The notes below the pieces were generated by a model. That model saw only the letters and a program-made list of their open reading frames with translations. It did no database searches and was not told the DNA's origin. From positions 660,001-692,000 of the forward strand of contig NZ_LT934425.1 in assembly GCF_900232105.1 (NCBI RefSeq): DNA of 32,000 nt, given 5' to 3'. Shown here one piece after another: positions 19,875-29,416 of this stretch (position 1 is the first letter of the stretch; the number at the start of each line of letters is the position of its first letter). Source of the stretch: Candidatus Kuenenia stuttgartensis. Its GTDB lineage: Bacteria; Planctomycetota; Brocadiia; Brocadiales; Brocadiaceae. The position numbers and the translations under genes were made by a program.

Positions 19875-21845
19875 TTACAATGAATTTAATAAGGTATTTA
19901 TTAATCTGTCAACGGTTGATATATATTTTGCCGACGCCTGATACGCCTGTTGAAATCGTATCAGGGTAACCAGTTCTTCATCAATATTTACCCCGGAAAC
20001 CTCTTCTCTTCTGTTCTGAAGACTCCCCTCCAATGCCGTATACTTCTCCTCAGACTTATATGCACTATTCGCCTCTTCTCCTAATGCCGCGGCAATTTGA
20101 TGTAAATAATCAGATAAGGTAGTATTTCCAACAATACTGTTATCATTTTGTAATGCGGATAAACGCAAGGCATTTGTATTATCCCCTGATTCACCTATAG
20201 ATGTTGCAATTAGTGTTACATCCTCCCGTATCCTTTTTTCAATATTAATATCCGAAGCATCTTTACCGCTAAAAAAAGTATTAATTCCCAAAGCAGCAAG
20301 CAAGTCAGTTTCATCAGAATCATTTATAACATCTATATCAAATGTATCTCCTGTATTAATATCACCTGCCGAAAACGAGACAGAAACACCATTTGCAACC
20401 GCAAGGGTATTGCCAGGAGTATATCCTTCACCTACATCAAGTGTAGCAATAAGATTTGAACCGCTATCCCTGACTTCAACCTGAAGACCTGACGTAGTCC
20501 CTATTGTGCCGCCTGCCCCTAAAGCTGTGAATGTATATACATCATTTGTACTTCCATTGTATATACCCGAAATTGAAGGCGTTGTTGTTCCTGTAATTCC
20601 AGTGGTTTGAGGATTCGGGTCCAATGCATAAGAAAAATTAAATTTATACCCGGAGTCTGCGGTAATCTGCAATTTGCCGTCTGAAATAGCAGAGGAAAGA
20701 TTTGTTATCCCATCAATATCAGCGCTTAATTTTGTAAGCGAATCATTTGCTACATCCACCGTAATTTTGTTTTTGACCTCTTCCCCTGTACTCGTATTTA
20801 TTACCGTAACATATATATCTCCGCTCGATGGTGCAAAAGGCAGCCCCAGACCCGCAGTATTCAATGCCTTAGTTGCGTCCGTCACCTTATTTGTCCCAAG
20901 TACCGTTGTAAACCCGCCGTCTGTGCCTACGCCTTCACTATGAATCGCATTAAATTTCTTTATAAGCGCGGTTGCAAAGGTATCCAGTTTAGCATCGTAT
21001 GCAGGCAACGTGTTGTTATACATCTCCAACAAACCGCTCAATTCACCGCCAGTAGGTTTGTGTTTCGAACTTCCATAGCTGGTAATATTGAGCTTGCCAC
21101 TTGAATCTACGCTGGATTCAAGGGTTAACGCATTTGAACCACTCACCAGGACTCCACCTGCAATCATCACATCTATCATGCCGTTCTTCTGCGTCCTTGT
21201 TGTGACGTCCAAAAACTTGCTGATTTCGCCGAGGAGCGTCTCTCTTTTGTCCAACAGGTCATTCGGCTCCCCGCCTGTTGTTTGCAGCGAGTGGATTTCC
21301 TTATTAAGGTCAACGATATCTTTCGCCAGCCCGTTTACTTCATTAAGTTTGGATTCCACGGATTGTTTGACAAATTCCTTCATCATGCCCAGCTCGTCAA
21401 CTATTGCACGTATGGATTCGGTCATGGTAATCGCCTTTTCCACAAGCACAGAGCGTGAACTGGTACTCTCGTCCTGCGAAAGGTCGTTCACAAATTTAAA
21501 GAAGCTTGTCAAGGAATTGCTTATACTGGCATCGCTTAATTCGTTAAATACCGTTTCAAGTTCTCTCAATTGCTGACTTTTTATAGAGGAGGCGCCAAGC
21601 GATGAAGTGACAAACCTGATCCGGCTATTAAGGTAGTCATCCTTCTGCCGCATTATTTTCACCAGGTCAACGCCCTGCCCGATAGAACCGATAGTCGTCT
21701 GCAAGGGTAGTCTTGTTGCAAGACTGACCGTTTGTTTCGTATATCCTTTTGTATTTGCATTCGATATGTTATGTGCGGAAACCATCATTGCACGCTGCGC
21801 CGCAAGAACTCCGCTCATACCAATTTGTATATCTGACGAGGCCAT
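19875..21845 (-). CDS. flgK: Flagellar hook-associated protein 1
   Basis: IQIGMSGVLAAQRAMMVSAHNISNANTKGYTKQTV and C-terminal GVNIDEELVTLIRFQQAYQASAKYISTVDRLINTLL. Confidence 0.95.
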   Translation of the reverse strand: MASSDIQIGMSGVLAAQRAMMVSAHNISNANTKGYTKQTVSLATRLPLQTTIGSIGQGVDLVKIMRQKDDYLNSRIRFVTSSLGASSIKSQQLRELETVFNELSDASISNSLTSFFKFVNDLSQDESTSSRSVLVEKAITMTESIRAIVDELGMMKEFVKQSVESKLNEVNGLAKDIVDLNKEIHSLQTTGGEPNDLLDKRETLLGEISKFLDVTTRTQKNGMIDVMIAGGVLVSGSNALTLESSVDSSGKLNITSYGSSKHKPTGGELSGLLEMYNNTLPAYDAKLDTFATALIKKFNAIHSEGVGTDGGFTTVLGTNKVTDATKALNTAGLGLPFAPSSGDIYVTVINTSTGEEVKNKITVDVANDSLTKLSADIDGITNLSSAISDGKLQITADSGYKFNFSYALDPNPQTTGITGTTTPSISGIYNGSTNDVYTFTALGAGGTIGTTSGLQVEVRDSGSNLIATLDVGEGYTPGNTLAVANGVSVSFSAGDINTGDTFDIDVINDSDETDLLAALGINTFFSGKDASDINIEKRIREDVTLIATSIGESGDNTNALRLSALQNDNSIVGNTTLSDYLHQIAAALGEEANSAYKSEEKYTALEGSLQNRREEVSGVNIDEELVTLIRFQQAYQASAKYISTVDRLINTLLNSL

Positions 21846-21857
21846 AACCTATTCCCT

Positions 21858-22382
21858 CTAAATTTTAGTGTCAACCAAAACCCTTGATACTTCTTTTTCC
21901 TTCATTTTCCCTGTATTCTTATATACGGAGTGCTTAAAGACAGGCGGACAAAATATATCAATAATATCCTCTGTAATTTCAAGCGAATGATGGGTAAGAG
22001 CCGTATTCATCTCATTTAGCCTTTGTAATTCCACCATTGACTTTGTTAATCTGTCAACCAGTGTTCTCCAGGTATTGCCATGAAGTTCTTCCCCTTTATC
22101 CATCATTTTACTCATGGATATTTCCCTTACCTTTAAACCTTGTTTTTCGCAATACCGGCGTATTATCCTTTGGCGTTTTTCCTCAAGAAGTTGCGCCAGT
22201 TCCGCCTTGTTTCTCTCTGCGTAGATAAGCGTTTCCAGCTCTTCAATATTACAGGATATAAGACAGGCGTGCTTTGTCTTTGCAATTTCTACTAATTCAC
22301 CGTAAACAACCGACAATCTTTCCAGCGTGCCGGTTAGTTCCGTAAGCAAGGCGTCTATAACGTTGTTCTCTTTAATTCTCAT
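21858..22382 (-). CDS. flgN: FlgN-family flagellar chaperone-like protein
   Basis: Helical protein in a flg operon position with LTELTGTLERLSVVYGELVEIAKTKHACLISCNIEELETLIYAERN. Confidence 0.65.
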   Translation of the reverse strand: MRIKENNVIDALLTELTGTLERLSVVYGELVEIAKTKHACLISCNIEELETLIYAERNKAELAQLLEEKRQRIIRRYCEKQGLKVREISMSKMMDKGEELHGNTWRTLVDRLTKSMVELQRLNEMNTALTHHSLEITEDIIDIFCPPVFKHSVYKNTGKMKEKEVSRVLVDTKI

Positions 22383-22387
22383 TGTCT

Positions 22388-22837
22388 TTACCCTTTAAAA
22401 TTAACAGAAGCCATTTCTTTATTTATTCCCACATCTTCACCGTTTCCTTTTTTACTCCATTTTTCCGGTAAAGATGGCACATTTTTACCGAACGCTTCCG
22501 TCACGACATTTTTAGGTTTTAATTGATTGTATATAACAGGCGCAACTCCAAAGCCGCCTTTTGCCGCTAAATCTTCAGCAAGGGCATTCTGCATTATTTC
22601 CGTATAACCTTGCATACCCCCCCCACCGTCAAACAAACCACCCTTTGGTATCGTTTTCCACATTGCTTTTACCACAAAATTCAATAAAACAGCCTCGAAA
22701 TCCTGCGCTATCTTCCGGAGAGACGCATCATCATTGGTAATTTTCTTTTGACCGGCAAGACTATTTAAGTTACTAATGCTGCTTGAATGAACAGGGTCAA
22801 TTTGCAAAAACGGGTTGATGTCTAAACTTGTTTCCAT
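22388..22837 (-). CDS. Rod-binding protein (FlgJ N-terminal-like)
   Basis: LRKIAQDFEAVLLNFVVKAMWKTIPKGGLFDGGGGMQGYTEIMQNALAEDLAAKGGFGVAPVIYNQL. Confidence 0.88.
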   Translation of the reverse strand: METSLDINPFLQIDPVHSSSISNLNSLAGQKKITNDDASLRKIAQDFEAVLLNFVVKAMWKTIPKGGLFDGGGGMQGYTEIMQNALAEDLAAKGGFGVAPVIYNQLKPKNVVTEAFGKNVPSLPEKWSKKGNGEDVGINKEMASVNFKG

Positions 22838-23213
22838 TTAATACGTTCCTAACTTTAACAGGTTACAAACCGGACACGAACATACAAGCTTGTCCGCTTT
22901 TTGGAGCACACTATTTTCCAGAAAACTGTGAAGGCTTTTTCAATCTGTCTATAGCAAAGAGCAAAGGTAATACCATAATCGCCCATTTTGTGAAACACTG
23001 TATATACGGTGCTTATCTATCTGACTTTTATTAAATAACTTATACAATTATTTGGTTTTTAATATTTCACAAATCATTCATTTTTTTAAAAACAAAAGGG
23101 GGAAACGTTTCCTATTTAATGAGAAAATTATTCCTGTAGCATCTATCGGCAGTTCATATATTAAACCTTACGGCAAAAGGATGTATTAAAAACAACCGGT
23201 AAAAATAATCATA

Positions 23214-23286
23214 GTGGGGGCGAAGCATTTGCCAGTTTGGGTATTAACACATTTATGACAATTTATAGCAAATGCTTCGCCCCCAC
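23214..23286. repeat. 73-bp palindromic dispersed repeat, copy 2
   Basis: GTGGGGGCGAAGCATTTGC ... GCAAATGCTTCGCCCCCAC, perfect 19-bp arms; interior matches the copy at 14162. Confidence 0.88.
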
Positions 23287-23388
23287 TTTATTTTATGCAT
23301 GGTAATACTTATAAAAATTCATATACTATGAACGTAATAATCGCCAGGTACTTTTTTATACACGCTATTTTGAAAGGACAATCTGCCA

Positions 23389-26289
23389 ATGGATGATCGT
23401 TTTCCAACGAATGGAAATGGAGTGGAAAGTCAATCCACTTTAAAAATCCGGTTAGAAAACCTATTGGAAAAGGAAGCAATGATACACAATGCATTTTCCT
23501 CAAGCAGAACGGAACTGTTTGTGGGCAGGCAAAGATATTTTGACCGGCTGGATGAACACATACACGGGGATACTCCCCCACTCATTGTAACCGGCAAACC
23601 GGGGATGGGGAAATCAGCGCTTCTTGCAAATTGGAGAAAACGCTATATCTCCTTAAATCCTGCCAACAAAACCATAATACATTTCATCGGCATTTCACCC
23701 CGCACAAGCAGTTTAGCATCTATGCAGCTACGCATTATCCATGAATTAACCTATGGATTTAACCTTCCTCCGGATATTCCCACTAATCAGAACGACCTCA
23801 ACGTCGCATTTGTCAATGCCCTTTTCATGTCCGCTGCAAAAGGCAAAGCGGTTATTATTCTGGACGGTATCGAACGATTGGAGGGAAGAGACCCCGCACA
23901 AGTCTTATCATGGCTCCCAATTGAAGTGCCTGCGAACATACGGTTTATTTTGTCCGTATCGCCCGGAACCGTATTTGATGTTGTTGCAAAACGTAACTGG
24001 CCTGTTCTTGAAGTAGCACCTCTTGAAGTTGTTGAGCGAAAACAATGTATTCACGCATATCTCCAGAATACTCATTCAACAGCATTAAGCGAAAACCATA
24101 TAAATACAATCGTCCATGCCGTCCAAACATCCAACCCGCTCTACCTTGATATACTCATGGGGGAATTATGTATTGACGACGCCCCCTCCATTGCCGGACA
24201 AAAAATAAGCCGGTATCTCTCCGCACAAAATATTGAGGAACTCATTCTCAGGGTTATTGAACGATACGAACTCGATGATACACTGAACGGCGCTGATGCG
24301 TCATTTTTCCGGAATATCATGTCATTGTTGTTAAGCGCAGGAAACGGACTCATGGAAAATGAAATAAACGAACTGCTCCGTGGGGAAACACCGTCACCGC
24401 AAAATACGCCATTAAAAACCTTGCTACCAAATATGAAACATATCCTGATACAACATTCAAATCTCATTCTTTATAAACACAATGCCTTTCATGATGCGAT
24501 AAAAAGCAGGTATCTCTCAGAAGAAGATGAGAAAAGGCGGTTTCATTTACGTCTTGCAGATTATTTCGGGAAAAACTATTCGAGTCAGCGCGCAATTGAA
24601 GAATTTCCGTGGCAACTGACTCAGGCAAGGTCATGGAATCAGTTATTCGGACTTCTCTCTGATATATCCTTTTTCAATGTCTTGTATGAAACAAGCGCTT
24701 ATGCGGCAACGTATTATTGGTCGCAATTGGAAGAAAACTCTCAAATGCGCATTCCATACGCATATTGCACCATTTTAGAGTCCCCGGAGAATTATATTGA
24801 CCGCATTAAAAACCTTTCCTTTTTTTTAAAGGAGAAAAACCTCCTTACAGAGGCATTGAAGATGTTTGAACATCTTGTCTGTTATTATGAACAAAACAAG
24901 GACTACGAAAATCTGCCCGTAGCCGTCGGAATACTTGCAGATATCCTTTACGAAAGGGGCGGCATGGAAGAATCCATGCAATTACACAAGGATGAAGAAC
25001 ACATTTACCGGAGCGTTGGAAATAATTACGGATTAATGCGCTCCTTGTCACGTCAGGCAGTTATTGCCCTTGCCAACGATGATTTGGAGAACTCCCTACA
25101 TCTCTTCAGGCAGGAAGAACAACTCTGCCGTGAATTGAACGATACTTATCGGCTGTCGTATAATCTTAACAAACAGGCGGAAATACTGTCTCTCCGGCAC
25201 AAAACCACCCTTGCCGCAAAACTGCTTACGGAAGCGGAATCTATCAGCCGCGGCATAGGTGATATGTCAGGATTATCCGTGTGTTTAGGCAACAAAGCCC
25301 GCATAAAAAAGGGTTCCGGAAATCCGGAAGAGGCGATGACCTTTCTGAAAGAACAGGAGCATCTTTGCCGCACCCTGGGAAATAGCAAGGAACTCTCCGT
25401 CTGCCTTGGAAATCAATCGCTTATTCTTACCACCCTTGGAGACCTTGATGGCGCATTCGTTTTACTGAAAGAAGAGGAATCTCTCTGCAAAAACATGCGC
25501 AACGAACACGGGCTATCCTATAACATCGGGAACAGGGCAAATATCCTTTCGATACGCGGTAATCTTGCAGAGGCACTGGAATTATATAAAGAACAATTCT
25601 CACTATTCAAAAAGACACTAAACAAACACGGACTATCATACAATCTAGGCAACCAGGCAAACATTCATTATTCACTGGGAAATGCAGAGGAAGCAATGTC
25701 GTTCTACACGGAACAGGAGCGTTTATGCAGGGAACTGGAAAATGAGGACGGATTATCCTATGCACTCGGTAATCAGGCGATCATTCTTGCGGAAAAAGGC
25801 GACCCTGATAAAGCAATGGAATTGCATAAAGAAGAAGAGCGCATTTGCAGGAAATTTAACAATATGGAAGGATTGCAACGCTCTCTGGGCAACCAGGCAA
25901 GTATATTGTATAGCAAGGGTCATTTGCATGAGGCGCTCGCCCTCCATAAAGAAGAAGAGCGTCTATGCAGAAAACTTGGAAACAAGAGCGAACTTTCAGC
26001 CTGCCTTGGTAACCAGGCGCTTGTCGTTAAGGATCTGGGGAATCCGGATGAGGCGATTGGACTATTAAAAGAACAGGAAGCTATTTGCAGAGATCTTGGG
26101 ATAAAGAGCGGGCTTGCTATTTCATTGGCAAATCAGGCAGAGATGCTTGCGCAAAATCCGGGACGGGCAGATGAAGCACTGCCTCTTGCCGAAGAAGCCT
26201 ATTCAATTACCACTTCTTTCGGTTTTCAGTCATTATCTCACGAAATAGAACCCATTTTACGCGCAATTGAATCCCGATTGGGCAAATAG
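23389..26289 (+). CDS. STAND-like NTPase with long C-terminal TPR array (966 aa)
   Basis: Walker A VTGKPGMGKSALLANW, Walker B KAVIILDGIERLEG, then many TPR units 'GNxADALxLxKEQExxCRxLGNxxGLSxSLGNQAxIL'. Confidence 0.88.
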   Translation: MDDRFPTNGNGVESQSTLKIRLENLLEKEAMIHNAFSSSRTELFVGRQRYFDRLDEHIHGDTPPLIVTGKPGMGKSALLANWRKRYISLNPANKTIIHFIGISPRTSSLASMQLRIIHELTYGFNLPPDIPTNQNDLNVAFVNALFMSAAKGKAVIILDGIERLEGRDPAQVLSWLPIEVPANIRFILSVSPGTVFDVVAKRNWPVLEVAPLEVVERKQCIHAYLQNTHSTALSENHINTIVHAVQTSNPLYLDILMGELCIDDAPSIAGQKISRYLSAQNIEELILRVIERYELDDTLNGADASFFRNIMSLLLSAGNGLMENEINELLRGETPSPQNTPLKTLLPNMKHILIQHSNLILYKHNAFHDAIKSRYLSEEDEKRRFHLRLADYFGKNYSSQRAIEEFPWQLTQARSWNQLFGLLSDISFFNVLYETSAYAATYYWSQLEENSQMRIPYAYCTILESPENYIDRIKNLSFFLKEKNLLTEALKMFEHLVCYYEQNKDYENLPVAVGILADILYERGGMEESMQLHKDEEHIYRSVGNNYGLMRSLSRQAVIALANDDLENSLHLFRQEEQLCRELNDTYRLSYNLNKQAEILSLRHKTTLAAKLLTEAESISRGIGDMSGLSVCLGNKARIKKGSGNPEEAMTFLKEQEHLCRTLGNSKELSVCLGNQSLILTTLGDLDGAFVLLKEEESLCKNMRNEHGLSYNIGNRANILSIRGNLAEALELYKEQFSLFKKTLNKHGLSYNLGNQANIHYSLGNAEEAMSFYTEQERLCRELENEDGLSYALGNQAIILAEKGDPDKAMELHKEEERICRKFNNMEGLQRSLGNQASILYSKGHLHEALALHKEEERLCRKLGNKSELSACLGNQALVVKDLGNPDEAIGLLKEQEAICRDLGIKSGLAISLANQAEMLAQNPGRADEALPLAEEAYSITTSFGFQSLSHEIEPILRAIESRLGK

Positions 26290-26370
26290 AGTAAAACTAT
26301 TCAGCGTAATCTATCAAAGGGAATATGCCCTGTTTTTGTGCAGGAGGTAAGAATAGATAATAGATTCGAG

Positions 26371-26950
26371 GGGAGCATTCCCGGTTTTTTGTAAAAATGC
26401 CATTAGCGGGGAGGGAAAGAATAGTAACTCAAGCTTCCAGCTTGAGGGTAAAATACCACGAGCAGTCATCATGTTGCATTTGCAACACCCAGAAACGATG
26501 AAAATGATTTTATAACCATATCGTGTTGCGGTACCTGTGCTTGAGCTATTTCTTGTAGTCTTTTTTCGAGCCAGGATGCTTGTGTTACAAAGTACAATTA
26601 GTTAACCAAAAATCTGGAATGCTCCTGTTCAAATTATGTCCCCCGCTGGCGGGGGTGCAGGGGGTGGACTGGATTTCTCCATCGATTCAACTACCCCTTC
26701 ATTATGAAAACAAATTTGCCCCTTTTCCCCGCGCTCCGCAGACAATTCCACCCCCTTAATCCCCCGCCAGCGGGGGACAGGCTTGCCACCTCCTTTGCAG
26801 CTTTCATGCCCTTGTGGGGTTGATCCATGTGCATTCCAGGTTTTTTATTACTTCTGCCATGTTTTAATGAAACGTACAATAGTATTAACCACTGGCAGCG
26901 TTGTTTTGCCCCAATCACACATACGGTTACAAAAAATCGGGAATGCTCCT
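26371..26950. repeat. Cluster of four related approx. 20-bp repeats in alternating orientation
   Basis: Core ACAAAAAACCGGGAATGCTCCC (minus, 26371-26392); CCAAAAATCTGGAATGCTCCTG (plus, approx. 26605-26627); ATAAAAAACCTGGAATGCAC (minus, 26829-26848); ACAAAAAATCGGGAATGCTCCTG (plus, approx. 26929-26951). Confidence 0.7.
26637..26779. repeat. Long imperfect inverted repeat with nested palindromes
   Basis: TGTCCCCCGCTGGCGGGGG...AGGGGGTGG (26637-26667) versus CCACCCCCTTAATCCCCCGCCAGCGGGGGACA (26748-26779). Confidence 0.8.
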
Positions 26951-27200
26951 GAGTAGATAGTAGACAGTGCCCGTCCCTCATTCCACCGTTGTGCAGAGAC
27001 GCACTGTATTGTGTACAAGCTACCAGCCTCTTGAGTTAACACCTTTAGCAAACTTATGGTTGGTGCAATCTTTTAAATTGATACAGTGCAGTTATTTTTC
27101 AAAACACAATTCCGGTAAAATAATTTTCAATTCAATGCCTATCAGACAGGAGAGCCTTTTTCGTTTGACAAAAGCCTTCAAATGGATGATGCCGAAACCC

Positions 27201-27306
27201 GCAGGCGGAGGGTCTTACACCATTGCCCTGAAGTTTGATGGGACGGCCCATGCATGGAGATATAATACTTATGGTGAATTGGGGACGGGACGACCACGCA
27301 GAGCGC
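27201..27306 (+). pseudogene. Fragment encoding one RCC1-like repeat
   Basis: AGGGSYTIALKFDGTAHAWRYNTYGELGTGRPRR resembles the RCC1 repeat 'GG.yHtlALksDGtvwaWGyNgyGQLG.Gt'; no longer reading frame on either side. Confidence 0.5.
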
Positions 27307-27364
27307 TACACCGATACAGGCAAGCAATCTCCTCTTAAAACCGGCAATACCAACAGCAACCACT

Positions 27365-27830
27365 TGACAATAAGCTGAGGAGAGCCTTCAATATAATTTA
27401 TTATTTGACGAACCTCTTCACGGGTCATGACTACTGGAATATTCGTCTTCTTCTGTGCACGTATAGCGTTAATCTCTTCTTTTAATGATACTTTTAAAGT
27501 AACTATTCAGCGTAATTTCTTTAACTACCATATATGACAAAAAAGGCCAAAATCACAGATATTATCCAGAAGTTGTATTGCTATATATAGACAAGAAGCG
27601 TAAATTAATGGGTTTTTGCCATATATTGTACTTTTACTCAAACACGCTGAATAGTTACCTTTTAAAACCTTCTTATACAAAAATACAAGTGCGTTCATAG
27701 CCTGGTTTTGGGTAGAAGGGGCAACGCAAGATTTCACGGCAAGGTGGGTCAAAAATTGTTCTATTTTTTCTTCACCGTCCATTAAATCCTCTTGACTGGT
27801 CATTCGGTGGTATTGAATATAGCCAAACAA
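27365..27830 (-). pseudogene. Truncated integron-type tyrosine recombinase (IntI-like), interrupted by a MITE
   Basis: Minus strand N part EEKIEQFLTHLAVKSCVAPSTQNQAMNALVFLYKKVLK, then after the MITE VSLKEEINAIRAQKKTNIPVVMTREEVRQIINYIEGSPQLIVKWLL. The C-terminal catalytic half is missing. Confidence 0.8.
27499..27658. mobile_element. 160-bp MITE, IS66-like ends
   Basis: TIRs GTAACTATTCAGCGT / ACGCTGAATAGTTAC (15 bp, perfect), flanked by 8-bp direct repeats CTTTTAAA at 27491-27498 and 27659-27666. Confidence 0.9.
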
Positions 27831-28243
27831 ATATGATTTTAGGAATTTGGCAATAAAATGGCTTTCTAAAAAACAGATTTATTTGACTAAGCATACTATA
27901 CAAGCACGCCCCTTAATTCCCTCTTTATAGAGAGGACTGGGAGGTGTAAATTTTTCGAAAACCTTATTTGTTTGACTATATATCATTTGATTCAATCACA
28001 GTATGATCGTTCTGTATGGAGGGAATAATGCTTAAGCCTCATTATATCTTTTACTTTATTTGGCAACCCCCCCCTTTTTTGATTGACATCCTTTTCTCCT
28101 ATTCTATACTGTGTACGAAATAAAATTATAAGGTAATTTTTAAAATACAACACAATAATTTTACCTGATAATAGTACTTTTCCCTAGTTATCAGGGCAAT
28201 TGATTGTGATAATCAATGGTTATCCAATATTTGGAGTTACGAC

Positions 28244-29416
28244 ATGAATGCCAACGCTCAAACAGGAGACACTCAAGACGCTGCTCGCTTGCGTGCGCTT
28301 CTTTCTCAGCTCAATTGGCTAAACGCCCTCAACGACGAGCCCGCCAACGGGGTTTACGAGTATCAGTTCCATTCGGACGCTCACATCACTGGTGAATTCA
28401 CGTCGGGCTTAGGCCCCTATAGCTTTCTCAATACAGTGCCAATACCTGATACGCCGGGAATCGTAACTGCACCAATCATTCTACGTTTGGTTGATCATCT
28501 TCCTGAATATCGACCGGACATGTCAAAAAAGGACGAGACGTTTTATCACGGTGGGACGATGGTTGATGAACTTGCGGCACTATCATCACTGTGCATCGGT
28601 GCTCGAATTATGGCGGGCGGCGAATCGCGGCGATTTGAACCCGGCAAGGATCCAATGGGACGGCCCTGCGCATGGGATTACAAACCAGCGCCATTCCTTC
28701 GTGTACGACCTGGGCGCTATGTTCTTCCTTCCATCACTGGCACCCATTCACTCGATAATCTTAACATGCTGAAGTCAATTCCCAAGATATCACCGGAGAG
28801 GTATGTCAATCTCATCCGGTCCTGCATTGCATATCAGGATGCTCTTTGGGCTGCTGAATCGGAGCCTCATCTTGCTTGGTTGCTGTTCGTATCTGCTCTT
28901 GAAACTGCGGCAAACGACATCTATCTGTCGGATAGATCTCCAGCCGAACGCCTGAAAGATGCGAAGCCAGACGTGGCAACCATTCTTGATGAAGCGGGCG
29001 GCCATCAATTGGTCGAGAAGATTGCCAAACTGATTGCGCCTTCTTTGGGTGCCACAAAGAAATTTCTGGACTTCACCCTAAATTTCGGACCGAACGAGCC
29101 AACTGATCGGCCGGATCAAGAATGGCTGCGCGTGAAATGGTCGAAGACCAACCTCAAGCATACTCTCAGCAAAGTTTACAATTACCGATCTCGCTCACTG
29201 CACGGTGGTTTACCGTTCCCAGCTCCAATGTACGATCCACCTTTCTATTTCGATCGTAAGTCAAAGCCATCTGAGGTCCCACTAACTGGCCTCGCATCAC
29301 ATTCACGCGGCGGTACGTGGTTGCCTGAGGATATGCCAGTAAATCTACATTGTTTTCACTACATCACACGTGAGACCTTGATTAATTGGTGGCGTAATTT
29401 AGCGAATGAGAGATAA
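28244..29416 (+). CDS. Hypothetical protein with C-terminal Apea/HEPN-like region
   Basis: 390 aa; 'AWLLFVSALETAAND...TLSKVYNYRSRSLHGGLPFP' has the R-x4-H configuration and HG context of HEPN-type domains. Confidence 0.6.
   Translation: MNANAQTGDTQDAARLRALLSQLNWLNALNDEPANGVYEYQFHSDAHITGEFTSGLGPYSFLNTVPIPDTPGIVTAPIILRLVDHLPEYRPDMSKKDETFYHGGTMVDELAALSSLCIGARIMAGGESRRFEPGKDPMGRPCAWDYKPAPFLRVRPGRYVLPSITGTHSLDNLNMLKSIPKISPERYVNLIRSCIAYQDALWAAESEPHLAWLLFVSALETAANDIYLSDRSPAERLKDAKPDVATILDEAGGHQLVEKIAKLIAPSLGATKKFLDFTLNFGPNEPTDRPDQEWLRVKWSKTNLKHTLSKVYNYRSRSLHGGLPFPAPMYDPPFYFDRKSKPSEVPLTGLASHSRGGTWLPEDMPVNLHCFHYITRETLINWWRNLANER

Noticed and set aside
26400-27180. CRISPR array in the repeat-rich intergenic region
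   Set aside because: Repeats are few, irregularly spaced, in alternating orientation and without uniform spacers; no cas-like genes.
27499-27658. Autonomous IS66 element
   Set aside because: Only 160 bp with no transposase; at most a derivative mobilised in trans.
27525-27830. 101-aa ORF as a real small protein
   Set aside because: Its last 43 residues are translated MITE sequence; the true homology is to an interrupted recombinase.
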